From Thermoanaerobaculia bacterium (GTDB taxonomy: Bacteria > Acidobacteriota > Thermoanaerobaculia > Gp7-AA8), in assembly GCA_036488085.1 (NCBI GenBank), contig DASXHZ010000058.1, positions 69,468 through 133,467 on the forward strand: DNA of 64,000 bases. Direction: 5' to 3'. Position 1 is the stretch's first letter. Each line of letters begins with the position of its first letter. The notes below the pieces were generated by a model. It made no database searches and had not been told where the DNA came from. It was given only the letters and a program-made list of their open reading frames with translations. The position numbers and the translations under genes are program-made. Positions 49,630 through 58,721 of the stretch are shown piece after piece.

Positions 49630-51021
49630 ATGAGCCAGTCGAGAGAAAGCGCCGAAGCGACGTTCGCTGAGGCGTTCGAAGCGAGTCTGAATTTCAAAAC
49701 TCCAGAGCAGGGTGAGCTGCTTCGCGGAACGATCGTGTCGATCTCCGGGGACGACGCGTTCGTATCGTACGGCGGCCCCTCTGAGGCCGTCATGGCCGCG
49801 GCGGAGCTGGACGGACTCGACATCGGCGATTCGGTCGAAGGGACGGTCGTCAAGACCGCTCCTGAAATGCGCATCTCCCGGAAGCTCGCGCGCGGCAAGG
49901 CCTCGCTCGAAGTGTTACGGCAGATGTATGAGAACCGCCTCCCCGTCGAAGGGAAGGTCACCGCCCGCAACAAGGGAGGCTTCGAGGTCAACGTCTCCGG
50001 TCTCCGCGCGTTCTGCCCGCTCTCGCAGATCGCCCTCGGCAAGATCGAGAACCCCGACTCGTTCGTCAACCAGAACTACGAGTTCCGCGTCACCGAGCTG
50101 TCGGATGACGGCCGCCGTATCGTCGTGTCCCGCGCGGCGCTTCTGAAGGAAGCCGCGCAGGTGCGTGCCGAGGAAGCGCGGCAACGCGTCGTTCCCGGAG
50201 CCGAGCTCACCGGCCGCGTCAAGACGCTCACGCCGTTCGGCGCATTCGTCGACCTCGGGGGCGTCGACGGCTTGCTCCACGTCTCGGAGATGAGCCGCCG
50301 CCGCGTCAGCGATCCGAAAGAGCTGGTCGAGATCGGACAGGAAGTCCGCGTCCGCGTCATCAAGGTCGAGAACGACGGCAAGCGCATTTCGCTCTCGATG
50401 AAGGAATTCGAATCCGATCCGTGGAGCGACGTCGTCGACCGATACGCGCCGGGAACGCAGTTCAGCGGCCGCATTCTTCGCTCGACGGACTTCGGCTTCT
50501 TCGTTGAAGTCGAGCCGGGCCTCGATGGTCTCGTCCACGTGTCGCAGCTTCCGCTCGGCGTGAAGGCGACCGACATGGAGATCGGTCAAACGGTCAGCGG
50601 CTGGGTGCGTGAGGTCGACCCGTCGAAGAAGCGTCTCTCGCTCTCGCTCCGCGAGATCGCCACGAGCGATCCATGGGAGACGGCGAGCCAGCGCTACGCG
50701 GTCGGGAAGGTCGTCGAGGGGACGGTCGATCACATCGCCGGTCCCGGCGTCTTCGTCCAGCTCGAGCCGGGCCTGGTGGGTCTCGTTCCGAACTCCGAGA
50801 TCGCGCAGGAAGTCTCGGGTGCCATTCGCGCCGCCGACAAGCTGGTCGTGCGCGTGATGAGCGTCGACCCGACCCGCAAGCGCATCTCGCTCAGCTACGA
50901 CGCCGCGAAGGCGGCCGCCGAGCGCGAGGAGTATTCGAAGTTCATGGACGAGCAGCGCGAGTCGGAAGGGGAGAGCGCCATGGCGCTCGCGTTCCGCCGC
51001 GCCATGGAAAAGAAGCGCTAG
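49630..51021 (+). CDS. Multi-S1-domain RNA-binding protein (ribosomal protein S1-like)
   Basis: Five successive S1-like OB repeats (G..V.G.V......G.FV.L). Preceded by a 585-bp leader. Confidence 0.6.
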   Translation: MSQSRESAEATFAEAFEASLNFKTPEQGELLRGTIVSISGDDAFVSYGGPSEAVMAAAELDGLDIGDSVEGTVVKTAPEMRISRKLARGKASLEVLRQMYENRLPVEGKVTARNKGGFEVNVSGLRAFCPLSQIALGKIENPDSFVNQNYEFRVTELSDDGRRIVVSRAALLKEAAQVRAEEARQRVVPGAELTGRVKTLTPFGAFVDLGGVDGLLHVSEMSRRRVSDPKELVEIGQEVRVRVIKVENDGKRISLSMKEFESDPWSDVVDRYAPGTQFSGRILRSTDFGFFVEVEPGLDGLVHVSQLPLGVKATDMEIGQTVSGWVREVDPSKKRLSLSLREIATSDPWETASQRYAVGKVVEGTVDHIAGPGVFVQLEPGLVGLVPNSEIAQEVSGAIRAADKLVVRVMSVDPTRKRISLSYDAAKAAAEREEYSKFMDEQRESEGESAMALAFRRAMEKKR

Positions 51022-51867
51022 TTGCGAGTCTTCCTCACTGGCGCGACCGGCTATATAGGTGCCGCAGTCGCCGAGGCGTTGCGGGAGCGCGGCCACGACG
51101 TGGCGGCGCTCGTGCGGCCGGAATCGGATGACGGTCACCTCCGGGAGATCGGCGCCGTCGTCATCGCCGGCGATCTGGATTCGCTTCCGTCTCTCGGCGA
51201 GACGCTCGCGCAGTACGACACGATCGTCCACACCGCGCAGTCGAATGCGCGTACCGCGGAGCTGGCGCAGAAGGCGCTCGACGCCTATTCCGCCCAGCGC
51301 GCGCACCTGGTCTGGACCTCCGGCTGCTGGGTCCTCGGCAACACCACGAACGCGAACGAGCGCTCGCCGGTGAACCCGCTGGAGATCGTCTCCTGGCGTC
51401 CCGAAACCGAGGAGCGGGCGCTGGCCGCCAACGGCTGCGTCCTCCGTCCCGGCTGCGTGTACGGTGGGAAGCAGAGCCTCGTGAGAGATTGGTTCGCCGC
51501 CGTGGAGCAGAATCGGCCGATCCAGATCGTCGGCGACGGCCGGAACCACTGGGCGATGGTCGATCTCCACGAGCTCGCGAAGCTCTACGTCCGCGTCGTG
51601 GAGCTGCGGACGACCGGGATCCTCCACGCCATCGACGACACGCGCGCGCCGCTCGAGCAGTGCGCCCGCGCGGTCGGGCCGAGCTCCCGGCTCGAGTTCC
51701 TCCCGGCCGACGCCATGCGCGCGAAGCTTGGCGCCTTCACCGACGCCCTCGTCGTCGATCAGGTCGTCGACAGCAGCGAGACCCGCCAGCGTACCGGCTG
51801 GAATCCGAAGCGCACGTTCACCTCATCCGTCACCGAGCAGTGGGAAGAGTGGCGGGCGCTGAGCTGA
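51022..51867 (+). CDS. NAD(P)-dependent epimerase/dehydratase (NmrA/SDR-like)
   Basis: TTG start. VFLTGATGYIGAAV Rossmann motif. Confidence 0.75.
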   Translation: MRVFLTGATGYIGAAVAEALRERGHDVAALVRPESDDGHLREIGAVVIAGDLDSLPSLGETLAQYDTIVHTAQSNARTAELAQKALDAYSAQRAHLVWTSGCWVLGNTTNANERSPVNPLEIVSWRPETEERALAANGCVLRPGCVYGGKQSLVRDWFAAVEQNRPIQIVGDGRNHWAMVDLHELAKLYVRVVELRTTGILHAIDDTRAPLEQCARAVGPSSRLEFLPADAMRAKLGAFTDALVVDQVVDSSETRQRTGWNPKRTFTSSVTEQWEEWRALS

Positions 51868-51877
51868 AGCCGGTCCC

Positions 51878-52693
51878 CTACACCAGGAAATCCAGGATCA
51901 GGCGGTTCACGATCTCCGGCGCGTCGGTCTGGACGAAGTGGCCAGCTGAGGGGATGCGTTCCACGCGTAGATCCGGTACGTCGGCGTCGACGCCATAGAG
52001 CGTCGGTAGGGTGAAGACCGGATCGCGCTCGCCGAAGATCAGGAGCGTGGGGACGTCGATCCGAGACAGAAGGCTCCGCATCTTCGCGCGCGAGCGGAAG
52101 AGCGCCCGGTAGTAGGCGAGCATCGCCCAGACAGCGTGGGGCTCGCGCCACACTTTGCGATACTCGCGGATCTCGCCGTCCGTGAACTTCCCCGCGCGGC
52201 GCATGAAGGCGGGGAGGCCGAGGCGGACGAGTGCATCGCTCACCAGCGGAATGTTGAAGAAGACCTGATACGAGAGGCGGAGCTTCTGCTCGATTGAGTG
52301 GTGCATCTCCCGCGCGAGCCCCTTCGGATGGGGAGCATTGAGGATGATGAGGCGCTCGACGAGCGAGGGATGGAGCATGGTCAGATACCACGCTGCATAG
52401 CCGCCCCAGTCGTGGCCGACGACAGTGGCCCGCCCTCCGCTGCGCAGGATGAGTCCTGCGATGTCTCCAACGACCTCGGACATCTTGTACGCATCGACGT
52501 CGAGCGGGCGCGTCGAGAGGTTGTAGCCGCGCAAGTCGGGGGCGATGACACGGAAGCCTGCCGCGGCCAGCGCCGGAATCTGTTTTCGCCACGAGTACCA
52601 GAACTCCGGGAAGCCGTGCAGCATCACGACGAGCGGGCCGGTGCCCTCCTCGACGTAATGGAGCCTAGTGTTGCCGGTGTCCGCGAACGGCAT
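51878..52693 (-). CDS. Alpha/beta hydrolase (epoxide hydrolase-like)
   Basis: HGFPEFWYSWR and nucleophile elbow GHDWGG. Start chosen at MPFADTG. Confidence 0.75.
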   Translation of the reverse strand: MPFADTGNTRLHYVEEGTGPLVVMLHGFPEFWYSWRKQIPALAAAGFRVIAPDLRGYNLSTRPLDVDAYKMSEVVGDIAGLILRSGGRATVVGHDWGGYAAWYLTMLHPSLVERLIILNAPHPKGLAREMHHSIEQKLRLSYQVFFNIPLVSDALVRLGLPAFMRRAGKFTDGEIREYRKVWREPHAVWAMLAYYRALFRSRAKMRSLLSRIDVPTLLIFGERDPVFTLPTLYGVDADVPDLRVERIPSAGHFVQTDAPEIVNRLILDFLV

Positions 52694-52764
52694 GGCGGCA
52701 GTGTAGTCGCGGCTCGGTTGCAGTTGGGCTCGCTCTTTGCTGCGCGCCGGGCGGAGGTGCAGCA

Positions 52765-53493
52765 ATGCAGAAGTGGGCTGTTCTCGCGGGACTCGTGTTT
52801 CTCGCGACAGTTGCATTCGGCGAAGAGGCGAAACCGCCGGAGAAAGTATGGGCGAGCAGCATCGGGGCGGGGCTCGCGATCACGAGCGGAAACACGGATA
52901 CGAAGAACTACAACCTCTCGTTCACGACGAAGTACGACCCGAAGGCCAAGGTCGTGTTCAAGGCCGACGCGCTCTTCTTGCGCGGAGAGTCGGACGGGCT
53001 GGTGAACGTCGACAAGGCGACGGCGGACGCGCGGTACGAGTACAACGTCTCCGATCGGACTTTCGCGTTCGCGGAGGTGAACTACCTGCGCGACCCGTTC
53101 AAGGACATCGACTACTTCGTGGCGCCGCTGGCGGGCGGTGGTTACCGGGTCATCAAGAGCGACACGAAGAACCTGACGGTCGACGGCGCGGCGGGCGCCG
53201 AGGTCGAGAGGGGAGTTCTGGGGCGATCGTCGGGCGGTGCTCTCAAGGCCGGCGAAAACTTCGACTGGGCACTCTCGCCGACGAGCAAGTTCACGCAGAA
53301 GCTCACCGGGATCTGGAAGACGAAGGACTTCGGCGACGCGCTCTACCACTTCGACGCGGGGCTGACGATGGCCGTCGCCGGCCGGCTCGAGCTGAAGCTG
53401 GCGTATGCATACGACTACAAGTCGCGGCCCGAGCTGATCACAGTCAAGAAGGGGGACAGCGCCCTCTTTGCAGCGCTGCTGTACAAGTTCTGA
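52765..53493 (+). CDS. DUF481 outer-membrane beta-barrel protein (YdiY-like)
   Basis: Signal peptide, alternating beta-strand pattern and C-terminal ...LLYKF. Confidence 0.55.
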   Translation: MQKWAVLAGLVFLATVAFGEEAKPPEKVWASSIGAGLAITSGNTDTKNYNLSFTTKYDPKAKVVFKADALFLRGESDGLVNVDKATADARYEYNVSDRTFAFAEVNYLRDPFKDIDYFVAPLAGGGYRVIKSDTKNLTVDGAAGAEVERGVLGRSSGGALKAGENFDWALSPTSKFTQKLTGIWKTKDFGDALYHFDAGLTMAVAGRLELKLAYAYDYKSRPELITVKKGDSALFAALLYKF

Positions 53494-53508
53494 ACTGTTA
53501 CGCGGGGC

Positions 53509-54111
53509 GTGCGACAGATCGTCGCTCCACTCGCCGTCTTGGCGCTCCTGATCGCGCCGACCATCGGGGATCTCCTCGCGAGACGCGGAGACCCCTGTCT
53601 CGTCTCGCCGTGCTGCATCGGAAAGATGATCAAGTCGTGCGATGCATCCGCACGGATCGCAGAGTGGGGAAGGCATCCGTTCGACTTTGGCGACGCGTCG
53701 CTCCAGGCACGCTGGCGTGCATGGCGCGGCGATTCTCCCGTAGGTTCCTCGTTCTGGCTCTGCGGCGGCGTGAAGGTTCCGACCGGCAATGCGCATGAAT
53801 TGAGCCGCGGTCCCGATCCGGAGGAAGGCGAAGTCCCCATCCAGCCGGGCAGCGGCTCGACCGATGTCCTCCTCGGCGCGACCTGGCAGAGTGGGATTCT
53901 TCGCGAGACCTCGTTGCAGGGGATGATGGGTAAGACGACCCTCATTCCGTTCTTGACCTCGGTGTCGTACCGCTTCAACGGACGCGGCACGCACGACTAT
54001 CGGCTCGGCAACGAGCTTCAGCTCAACGCCGGGTCCGAGTACCCGATTTCGGAAGGGCTCCACCTTCTCGGACAGGTGAATCTCCGCCATCGCGAGAAGG
54101 ACTCGGTCTGA
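53509..54111 (+). CDS. Hypothetical secreted protein, possibly a truncated outer-membrane barrel
   Basis: Signal-peptide-like N-terminus and beta-rich C-terminal half, but it ends ...HREKDSV without a terminal aromatic residue. Confidence 0.3.
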   Translation: MRQIVAPLAVLALLIAPTIGDLLARRGDPCLVSPCCIGKMIKSCDASARIAEWGRHPFDFGDASLQARWRAWRGDSPVGSSFWLCGGVKVPTGNAHELSRGPDPEEGEVPIQPGSGSTDVLLGATWQSGILRETSLQGMMGKTTLIPFLTSVSYRFNGRGTHDYRLGNELQLNAGSEYPISEGLHLLGQVNLRHREKDSV

Positions 54112-54191
54112 CGAAAAGTCCGATGCGCCATCGGGATCGCCCGATAGGCCATCGGACAAACCTGATCCATGGATTTGATCAGGAGGCTCGC

Positions 54192-55268
54192 CTACTCGCG
54201 AATGCCTTCCGCTTGCAGGACGTCCTTGAACTGCTCCTTGTCGATCGCTTTGTCGTACGCGGAGCGGGCGGAGATCTTCTTGTCTTCGTAGAGCCGCTTG
54301 ATCGAGGTGTCCATGTCGATCATCCCTTCCTTGACGCCCGTCTGGATGGCTGACGTGATCTGCGGCGTTTTTCCCTCGCGGATCATGTTGCCGATGGCGG
54401 GGGAGGCGAAGAGGATCTCGATGGCGGCGACGCGGCCGCCGCCGAGCTTCGGCATGAGTTGCTGCGCGACGACGGCGCGGATCGTCTCGCCCAGGACGCC
54501 GCGGATACCGTCCTGCTCGGGGGCGGGGAAGACGCTGATAATGCGGTCCATCGTCTTGGCCGCATTGTTCGTGTGCAGCGTTCCGAAGACGAGGGTGCCG
54601 CGCTCGGCGGCGTTGAGCGCCATTTGGATGGTCTCGAGGTCGCGCATCTCGCCGACGAGGACGATGTCGGGGTCTTCGCGACCGGCGGCTTTCAGCGCCT
54701 CGGCGAACGATTTCGCGTGCGTCCCGATCTCGCGCTGGTGGATGAGACACTTCTTGTTCGGATGGACGAACTCGATCGGGTCTTCGATCGTGATGATGTG
54801 CTGTGAGCGCGTATCGTTGATTAGATCGATGATCGCGGCGAGCGTGGTCGACTTGCCGGAGCCGGTCGGTCCCGTGACGAGAACGAGTCCGCTGCGGAGC
54901 GCCGCGATCCGCCGGAGCTGATCGGGGAGGCCGAGCTGCTCGAGCGTCATGATCTTCGACGGGATGATGCGGAAGACCGCGCCGGCGCCGCGCTGCTGCC
55001 GGAAGAGGTTGACGCGGTAGCGCGCCACGTTCGGAATCTCGTAGGCCCAGTCGGTGTCGCCGCCCTCGAGGAACTCCTCCCAGTTGCGCCTCGGCGTCAC
55101 CGCCGAGAGCATCTCGTTGAAGTCGCCCTCGGTGACGATGCGATAGCGGATCGGCTCCATCGCGCCGGAGGCGCGGAGCATCGGCGGGCGGCCGACGGTC
55201 AGATGAAAGTCCGACGCCCCGCGGTCGTTCATCAGTCGGAGGAAGCGGTCGATCTTGTTGGAGGGCAT
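54192..55268 (-). CDS. pilT: Type IV pilus retraction ATPase PilT
   Basis: 358-aa protein with Walker A GPTGSGKST, Asp box, Walker B DIVLVGEMRD and His box GTLVFGTLHT. The upstream ~300 aa of the track ORF were rejected. Confidence 0.88.
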   Translation of the reverse strand: MPSNKIDRFLRLMNDRGASDFHLTVGRPPMLRASGAMEPIRYRIVTEGDFNEMLSAVTPRRNWEEFLEGGDTDWAYEIPNVARYRVNLFRQQRGAGAVFRIIPSKIMTLEQLGLPDQLRRIAALRSGLVLVTGPTGSGKSTTLAAIIDLINDTRSQHIITIEDPIEFVHPNKKCLIHQREIGTHAKSFAEALKAAGREDPDIVLVGEMRDLETIQMALNAAERGTLVFGTLHTNNAAKTMDRIISVFPAPEQDGIRGVLGETIRAVVAQQLMPKLGGGRVAAIEILFASPAIGNMIREGKTPQITSAIQTGVKEGMIDMDTSIKRLYEDKKISARSAYDKAIDKEQFKDVLQAEGIRE

Positions 55269-55273
55269 GGCTG

Positions 55274-57781
55274 TCAGACCGTCTTGGTGCCGGCGATGAA
55301 CGCGGGCGTGACCATCGGCTCGAATTCTTCTTTCTTCTGGGCGGCGAGATACGCGGTTTCGGCGGTGATCTGGTCGCGCTTGACGAGGTCCTTCAACGCG
55401 TCGTCGAACGTCTGCATGCCGAAGCTGCGGCCGATTTGCATGGCGGAGTAGATCTGGTACGTCTTCTCGTCGCGGATCATGTTCGCGATGTTGCTCGTTC
55501 CCTTGAGGACCTCGAAGGCGGCGACCTGCTTGCGGGCTTCCTTCGCTGGCAGAAGGCGCTGCGCGATGCAGTACTTCATCGACTCGGAAAGCGAGGCGCG
55601 GATCTGCGGCTGCTCGTCGGCGGGAAAGCTCGAGAGGATGCGGTCGATCGCCTTCGGCGCGCTTGTCGAATTGAGAGTGCCGAGGACGATGTGGCCGGTC
55701 TCGGCCGCGGTGAGCGCCAGCGTGATTGACTCGTTGTCGCGCAGCTCGCCGATCACGATGACGTCGGGATCTTCGCGGAGGGCGGCGCGGAGCGCGCGGG
55801 CGAACGACTGCGTGTGCGATCCGACCTCGCGCTGGTTGACGAGGCAGCTCTTGAACGGATGGACGAACTCGACCGGGTCCTCCATCGTGAGGACGTGATC
55901 GGAACGCGTCTCGTTGAAGAGATTCACGAGCGCCGCGAGGGTCGTCGACTTCCCGGAGCCCGACGGGCCGCAGACGAGGACGAGTCCCTGGTGGTAGTCG
56001 GAGATCTCGGCGAGCTGCGCCGGAAGGCCGAGATCGAGGATCGTCGGCGGCTTCTCCGGGATGACGCGGAAGACGGCGTTGTAGCCGCTCTGGTCGTAGA
56101 AGACGTTCCCGCGATAGCGGCCCGCCTGCGGGATGTAGTAGCAGAAGTCGAGCTGGTGCTCTTTCTGGATCGTCTCCCACTGCGCCGGCGTCAGGATCTC
56201 GCGCAGCATCTCTTCCGTCTGTTCCGGTGTGAAGGGATCCGCCTGCGCGCGGAGCAGGTCGGCCGAGATCCGGAGGATGGGCGGCTGTCCGACGGAGAGA
56301 TGGAAATCCGATGCGCCCTGATTGCGCGTGGCGATCAGGAGGGTGTTCAGCTTCGCGTCGCCCGACTTGCCGGTGACGGTTAGCGCCTGCTTCCGTACGG
56401 CGTCGATCTGCGACTGTGTTTTTTGCTCCGTGATCGCGATCTCGTCGAGGATGTCGATGGCGCGCGCGCGGACGTTGCGCTCCGGATCGTTCGCCGCCAT
56501 CTGCAGCAACGCGTTTTGTACCTGCGGGTGTTTGAAGTGCCGCAGCGCCTGCATCACCTCGATGCGGATGTCGGGCGATGGATCGGCGAGCATCTTGCCG
56601 AGGGCGGGGAGGGAGCGCGGGTCGCCGATGCGGCCGAGCGACTCGACCGCGGCCCAGCGGACGTCGGCATCGGCGAGCGCCGCCATGAGCGGCTCGACGG
56701 CACGGGAGTCCTTCAGGCGGCCGAGCGTGTCAGCGGCGGCGATGCGGATCCACCAGTCGGGATCCTTCAGCAGCGCGATGGTCGACGGGACGATGCGCGG
56801 ATCGTCGAAGGCGCTCGCGACGGCGATGGCCGCCGCGCGCACGTCGTCGTCGGGATCGCGCAGCAGCTCGATGGCCGGCTCGATGAGCTGGTCGCCGAAG
56901 GCGCGGAGGGAGTCGAGCGCGCGGTCGCGTACGAATCCGGCGAGCGATTTCGAGAAGAGGATGAAGCGTTTGACGATCTCGTGCGGATCGCCGACGCCGA
57001 CCAGGATCTTCAGCACGGCGCTGCGCGTGGCCGCGTCGCCCGAGGCGACCAGCGGCAGGAGCTTCTCGGCAAACTCGACGCCCCGGCCGGCCGCGACGCG
57101 CGTGAGCGCCTCGACGATCGCCTGCTGTGTCGCGTAGCCGACACGCGGCAGCTCTTTCACGAGGATGTCGACTGCGGGCGCAGGCGCGCGTTCCGCGAGG
57201 ACGTGTACCGCCTTTTCGCGGATCGACCGGTCCTCGTCCCCGGCGATCTGGCGCCAGCGCGCAACGACGCGGTCGTCCATCTCGCTCGAGGCGAGCTTGT
57301 TGAGGTACGGCAGCCGCTCCTCGGGCCATCCCTGCATCGCCAGTTGCCAGATCAGCGGGGCGATCGCGCCGTTCAGCGGCGCTTCGAGAAGAACGCGCTT
57401 CGCCGACTCCTGCATCTCGCGCGTCTCTTTCGTTTCCTTCGCCGGGACGGCGAGGATCTGCGCCGCGCGTTGGTCGATGCCGGGAAGGTTGAGCGCGAAG
57501 AAGGTGCTGACCGCGGCGCGGATCGCCGCTTCCGGCTTTCCCTTCGCCTCGACTAGGAAGACGTCGAACGACTCCGGATCGCGTGTCCGCAGAAGCACCT
57601 TCCCCGCCGTGTCGCGGAAGGTCCGGTCAGGTCGGAAAAACATCCATGTAATGTCGCGCGCGCGGATGTTCTCCGCGGTCGCGATGCGCACGAGCAGTTC
57701 GTCGCGCTCCTCGTTCGTCTGGAACTCTTTGTTCGACAGACGACGGACGGTGTCCTTGAGGTCGGATTGGAAGAGGGCCAT
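55274..57781 (-). CDS. HEAT-repeat N-terminal domain fused to a PilT/PilU-family ATPase
   Basis: N-terminal ~480 aa of HEAT/PBS-lyase-like repeats (DPDWWIRIAAADTLGRLKD, ADVRWAAVESLGRIGD, PDIRIEVMQAL). C-terminal PilT domain with GPSGSGKST, DVIVIGELRD and GHIVLGTLNS. Confidence 0.8.
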   Translation of the reverse strand: MALFQSDLKDTVRRLSNKEFQTNEERDELLVRIATAENIRARDITWMFFRPDRTFRDTAGKVLLRTRDPESFDVFLVEAKGKPEAAIRAAVSTFFALNLPGIDQRAAQILAVPAKETKETREMQESAKRVLLEAPLNGAIAPLIWQLAMQGWPEERLPYLNKLASSEMDDRVVARWRQIAGDEDRSIREKAVHVLAERAPAPAVDILVKELPRVGYATQQAIVEALTRVAAGRGVEFAEKLLPLVASGDAATRSAVLKILVGVGDPHEIVKRFILFSKSLAGFVRDRALDSLRAFGDQLIEPAIELLRDPDDDVRAAAIAVASAFDDPRIVPSTIALLKDPDWWIRIAAADTLGRLKDSRAVEPLMAALADADVRWAAVESLGRIGDPRSLPALGKMLADPSPDIRIEVMQALRHFKHPQVQNALLQMAANDPERNVRARAIDILDEIAITEQKTQSQIDAVRKQALTVTGKSGDAKLNTLLIATRNQGASDFHLSVGQPPILRISADLLRAQADPFTPEQTEEMLREILTPAQWETIQKEHQLDFCYYIPQAGRYRGNVFYDQSGYNAVFRVIPEKPPTILDLGLPAQLAEISDYHQGLVLVCGPSGSGKSTTLAALVNLFNETRSDHVLTMEDPVEFVHPFKSCLVNQREVGSHTQSFARALRAALREDPDVIVIGELRDNESITLALTAAETGHIVLGTLNSTSAPKAIDRILSSFPADEQPQIRASLSESMKYCIAQRLLPAKEARKQVAAFEVLKGTSNIANMIRDEKTYQIYSAMQIGRSFGMQTFDDALKDLVKRDQITAETAYLAAQKKEEFEPMVTPAFIAGTKTV

Positions 57782-57867
57782 TCTGTGGCCCGAATTGTAG
57801 GTGGTCAGGTTGCCCGGTTGCCAGGTTGCCGACTCGGCCACCCGGCAACCTGGCTACCCTTGTCTCA

Positions 57868-58236
57868 CTAATCTCTGTTCAAAGTGCTGATCAGCAGCCC
57901 CGCTCCCAGCGCCAGCGCGGCCACTCCTGCCGCCACCTTCCCTGGGTTCTCCTTGGCGTACTCCGTTGCCTTCGTCGTCCCCTGGTTCAGGTAGTCGCGC
58001 GCGGTGTTGAGGTACTGCTCCATATCGACGCTTTGCATCTGCGTCTTGAGGTTGTCGATCATCTCCTCGGAGACGCCGAGGCGCCCGAGGAACTGCTCCA
58101 GTCCGCGGTTCTGAGCGCGCGACTGCCCACAGGTCGGACAGAGGTCGGTGCCGGTCGTCGTGCCTGCGCCGAAACGCGACGTATCGCTCGCGCTCGTCGT
58201 TCCGATTCCGCTGGTGAGTGGTGTGTCTTGGGCCAT
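57868..58236 (-). CDS. Small protein with CPTCGQ zinc-ribbon-like motif and C-terminal TM helix
   Basis: 122-aa ORF co-directional with the PilT genes. TM segment VAAGVAALALGAGLLISTL. Confidence 0.4.
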   Translation of the reverse strand: MAQDTPLTSGIGTTSASDTSRFGAGTTTGTDLCPTCGQSRAQNRGLEQFLGRLGVSEEMIDNLKTQMQSVDMEQYLNTARDYLNQGTTKATEYAKENPGKVAAGVAALALGAGLLISTLNRD

Positions 58237-58244
58237 GCTCCCTC

Positions 58245-58679
58245 CTATTTCTTGCCGGCGCGCGTGTCGCGCTCGCCCGGCTCGTAACTGCGGCGGTGTG
58301 TTCCGATACGAGGATCTCCCGACTTGTTCGTGTAGTGGTCCTCGTCGTTCCAGCGATCAGCGCCGGCGCCTGTCGCGAACTCCTGATCGCGTTGCTGGTC
58401 CGCTCCGCTGGCGCGGAAGGGGCCTTTCAGGCTTGTCTGGGTCGGCGAATACGACTGGTTGAGCTCCTCGAGCGAAATGTCGGGCTCTCGTCGGACTGGG
58501 CGGGCGGTGTGCGGTTGCTCGCGCTCGGTACGAATGGGCGTCGCGACGTCGTCGCGCCCGCTTTGCGCCGTGCGCGGTTCACTGTTCTGGTTGCGGGAAA
58601 AGAGGCGTTTCACGCTGCCGGTCATACTCTCCGTCAGGCGCGCGATACGGCCTCGTCGGTTGGTTTTTTCTTCTGCCAT
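58245..58679 (-). CDS. Hydrophilic, highly charged hypothetical protein
   Basis: ~145 aa, rich in R/E/D/T with no hydrophobic segment. Start taken at MAEEKT. Confidence 0.3.
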   Translation of the reverse strand: MAEEKTNRRGRIARLTESMTGSVKRLFSRNQNSEPRTAQSGRDDVATPIRTEREQPHTARPVRREPDISLEELNQSYSPTQTSLKGPFRASGADQQRDQEFATGAGADRWNDEDHYTNKSGDPRIGTHRRSYEPGERDTRAGKK

Positions 58680-58721
58680 TTGGTTTCCCCCGGGATACAG
58701 AGAGTGCAAACGGCAAACCCA

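Noticed and set aside
55269-56180. Long arginine/alanine-rich N-terminal extension of track ORF 54192..56180
   Set aside because: It overlaps the real HEAT-PilT gene in another frame and has high-GC artefact composition. PilT homology begins at MPSNKIDRF (start 55268).
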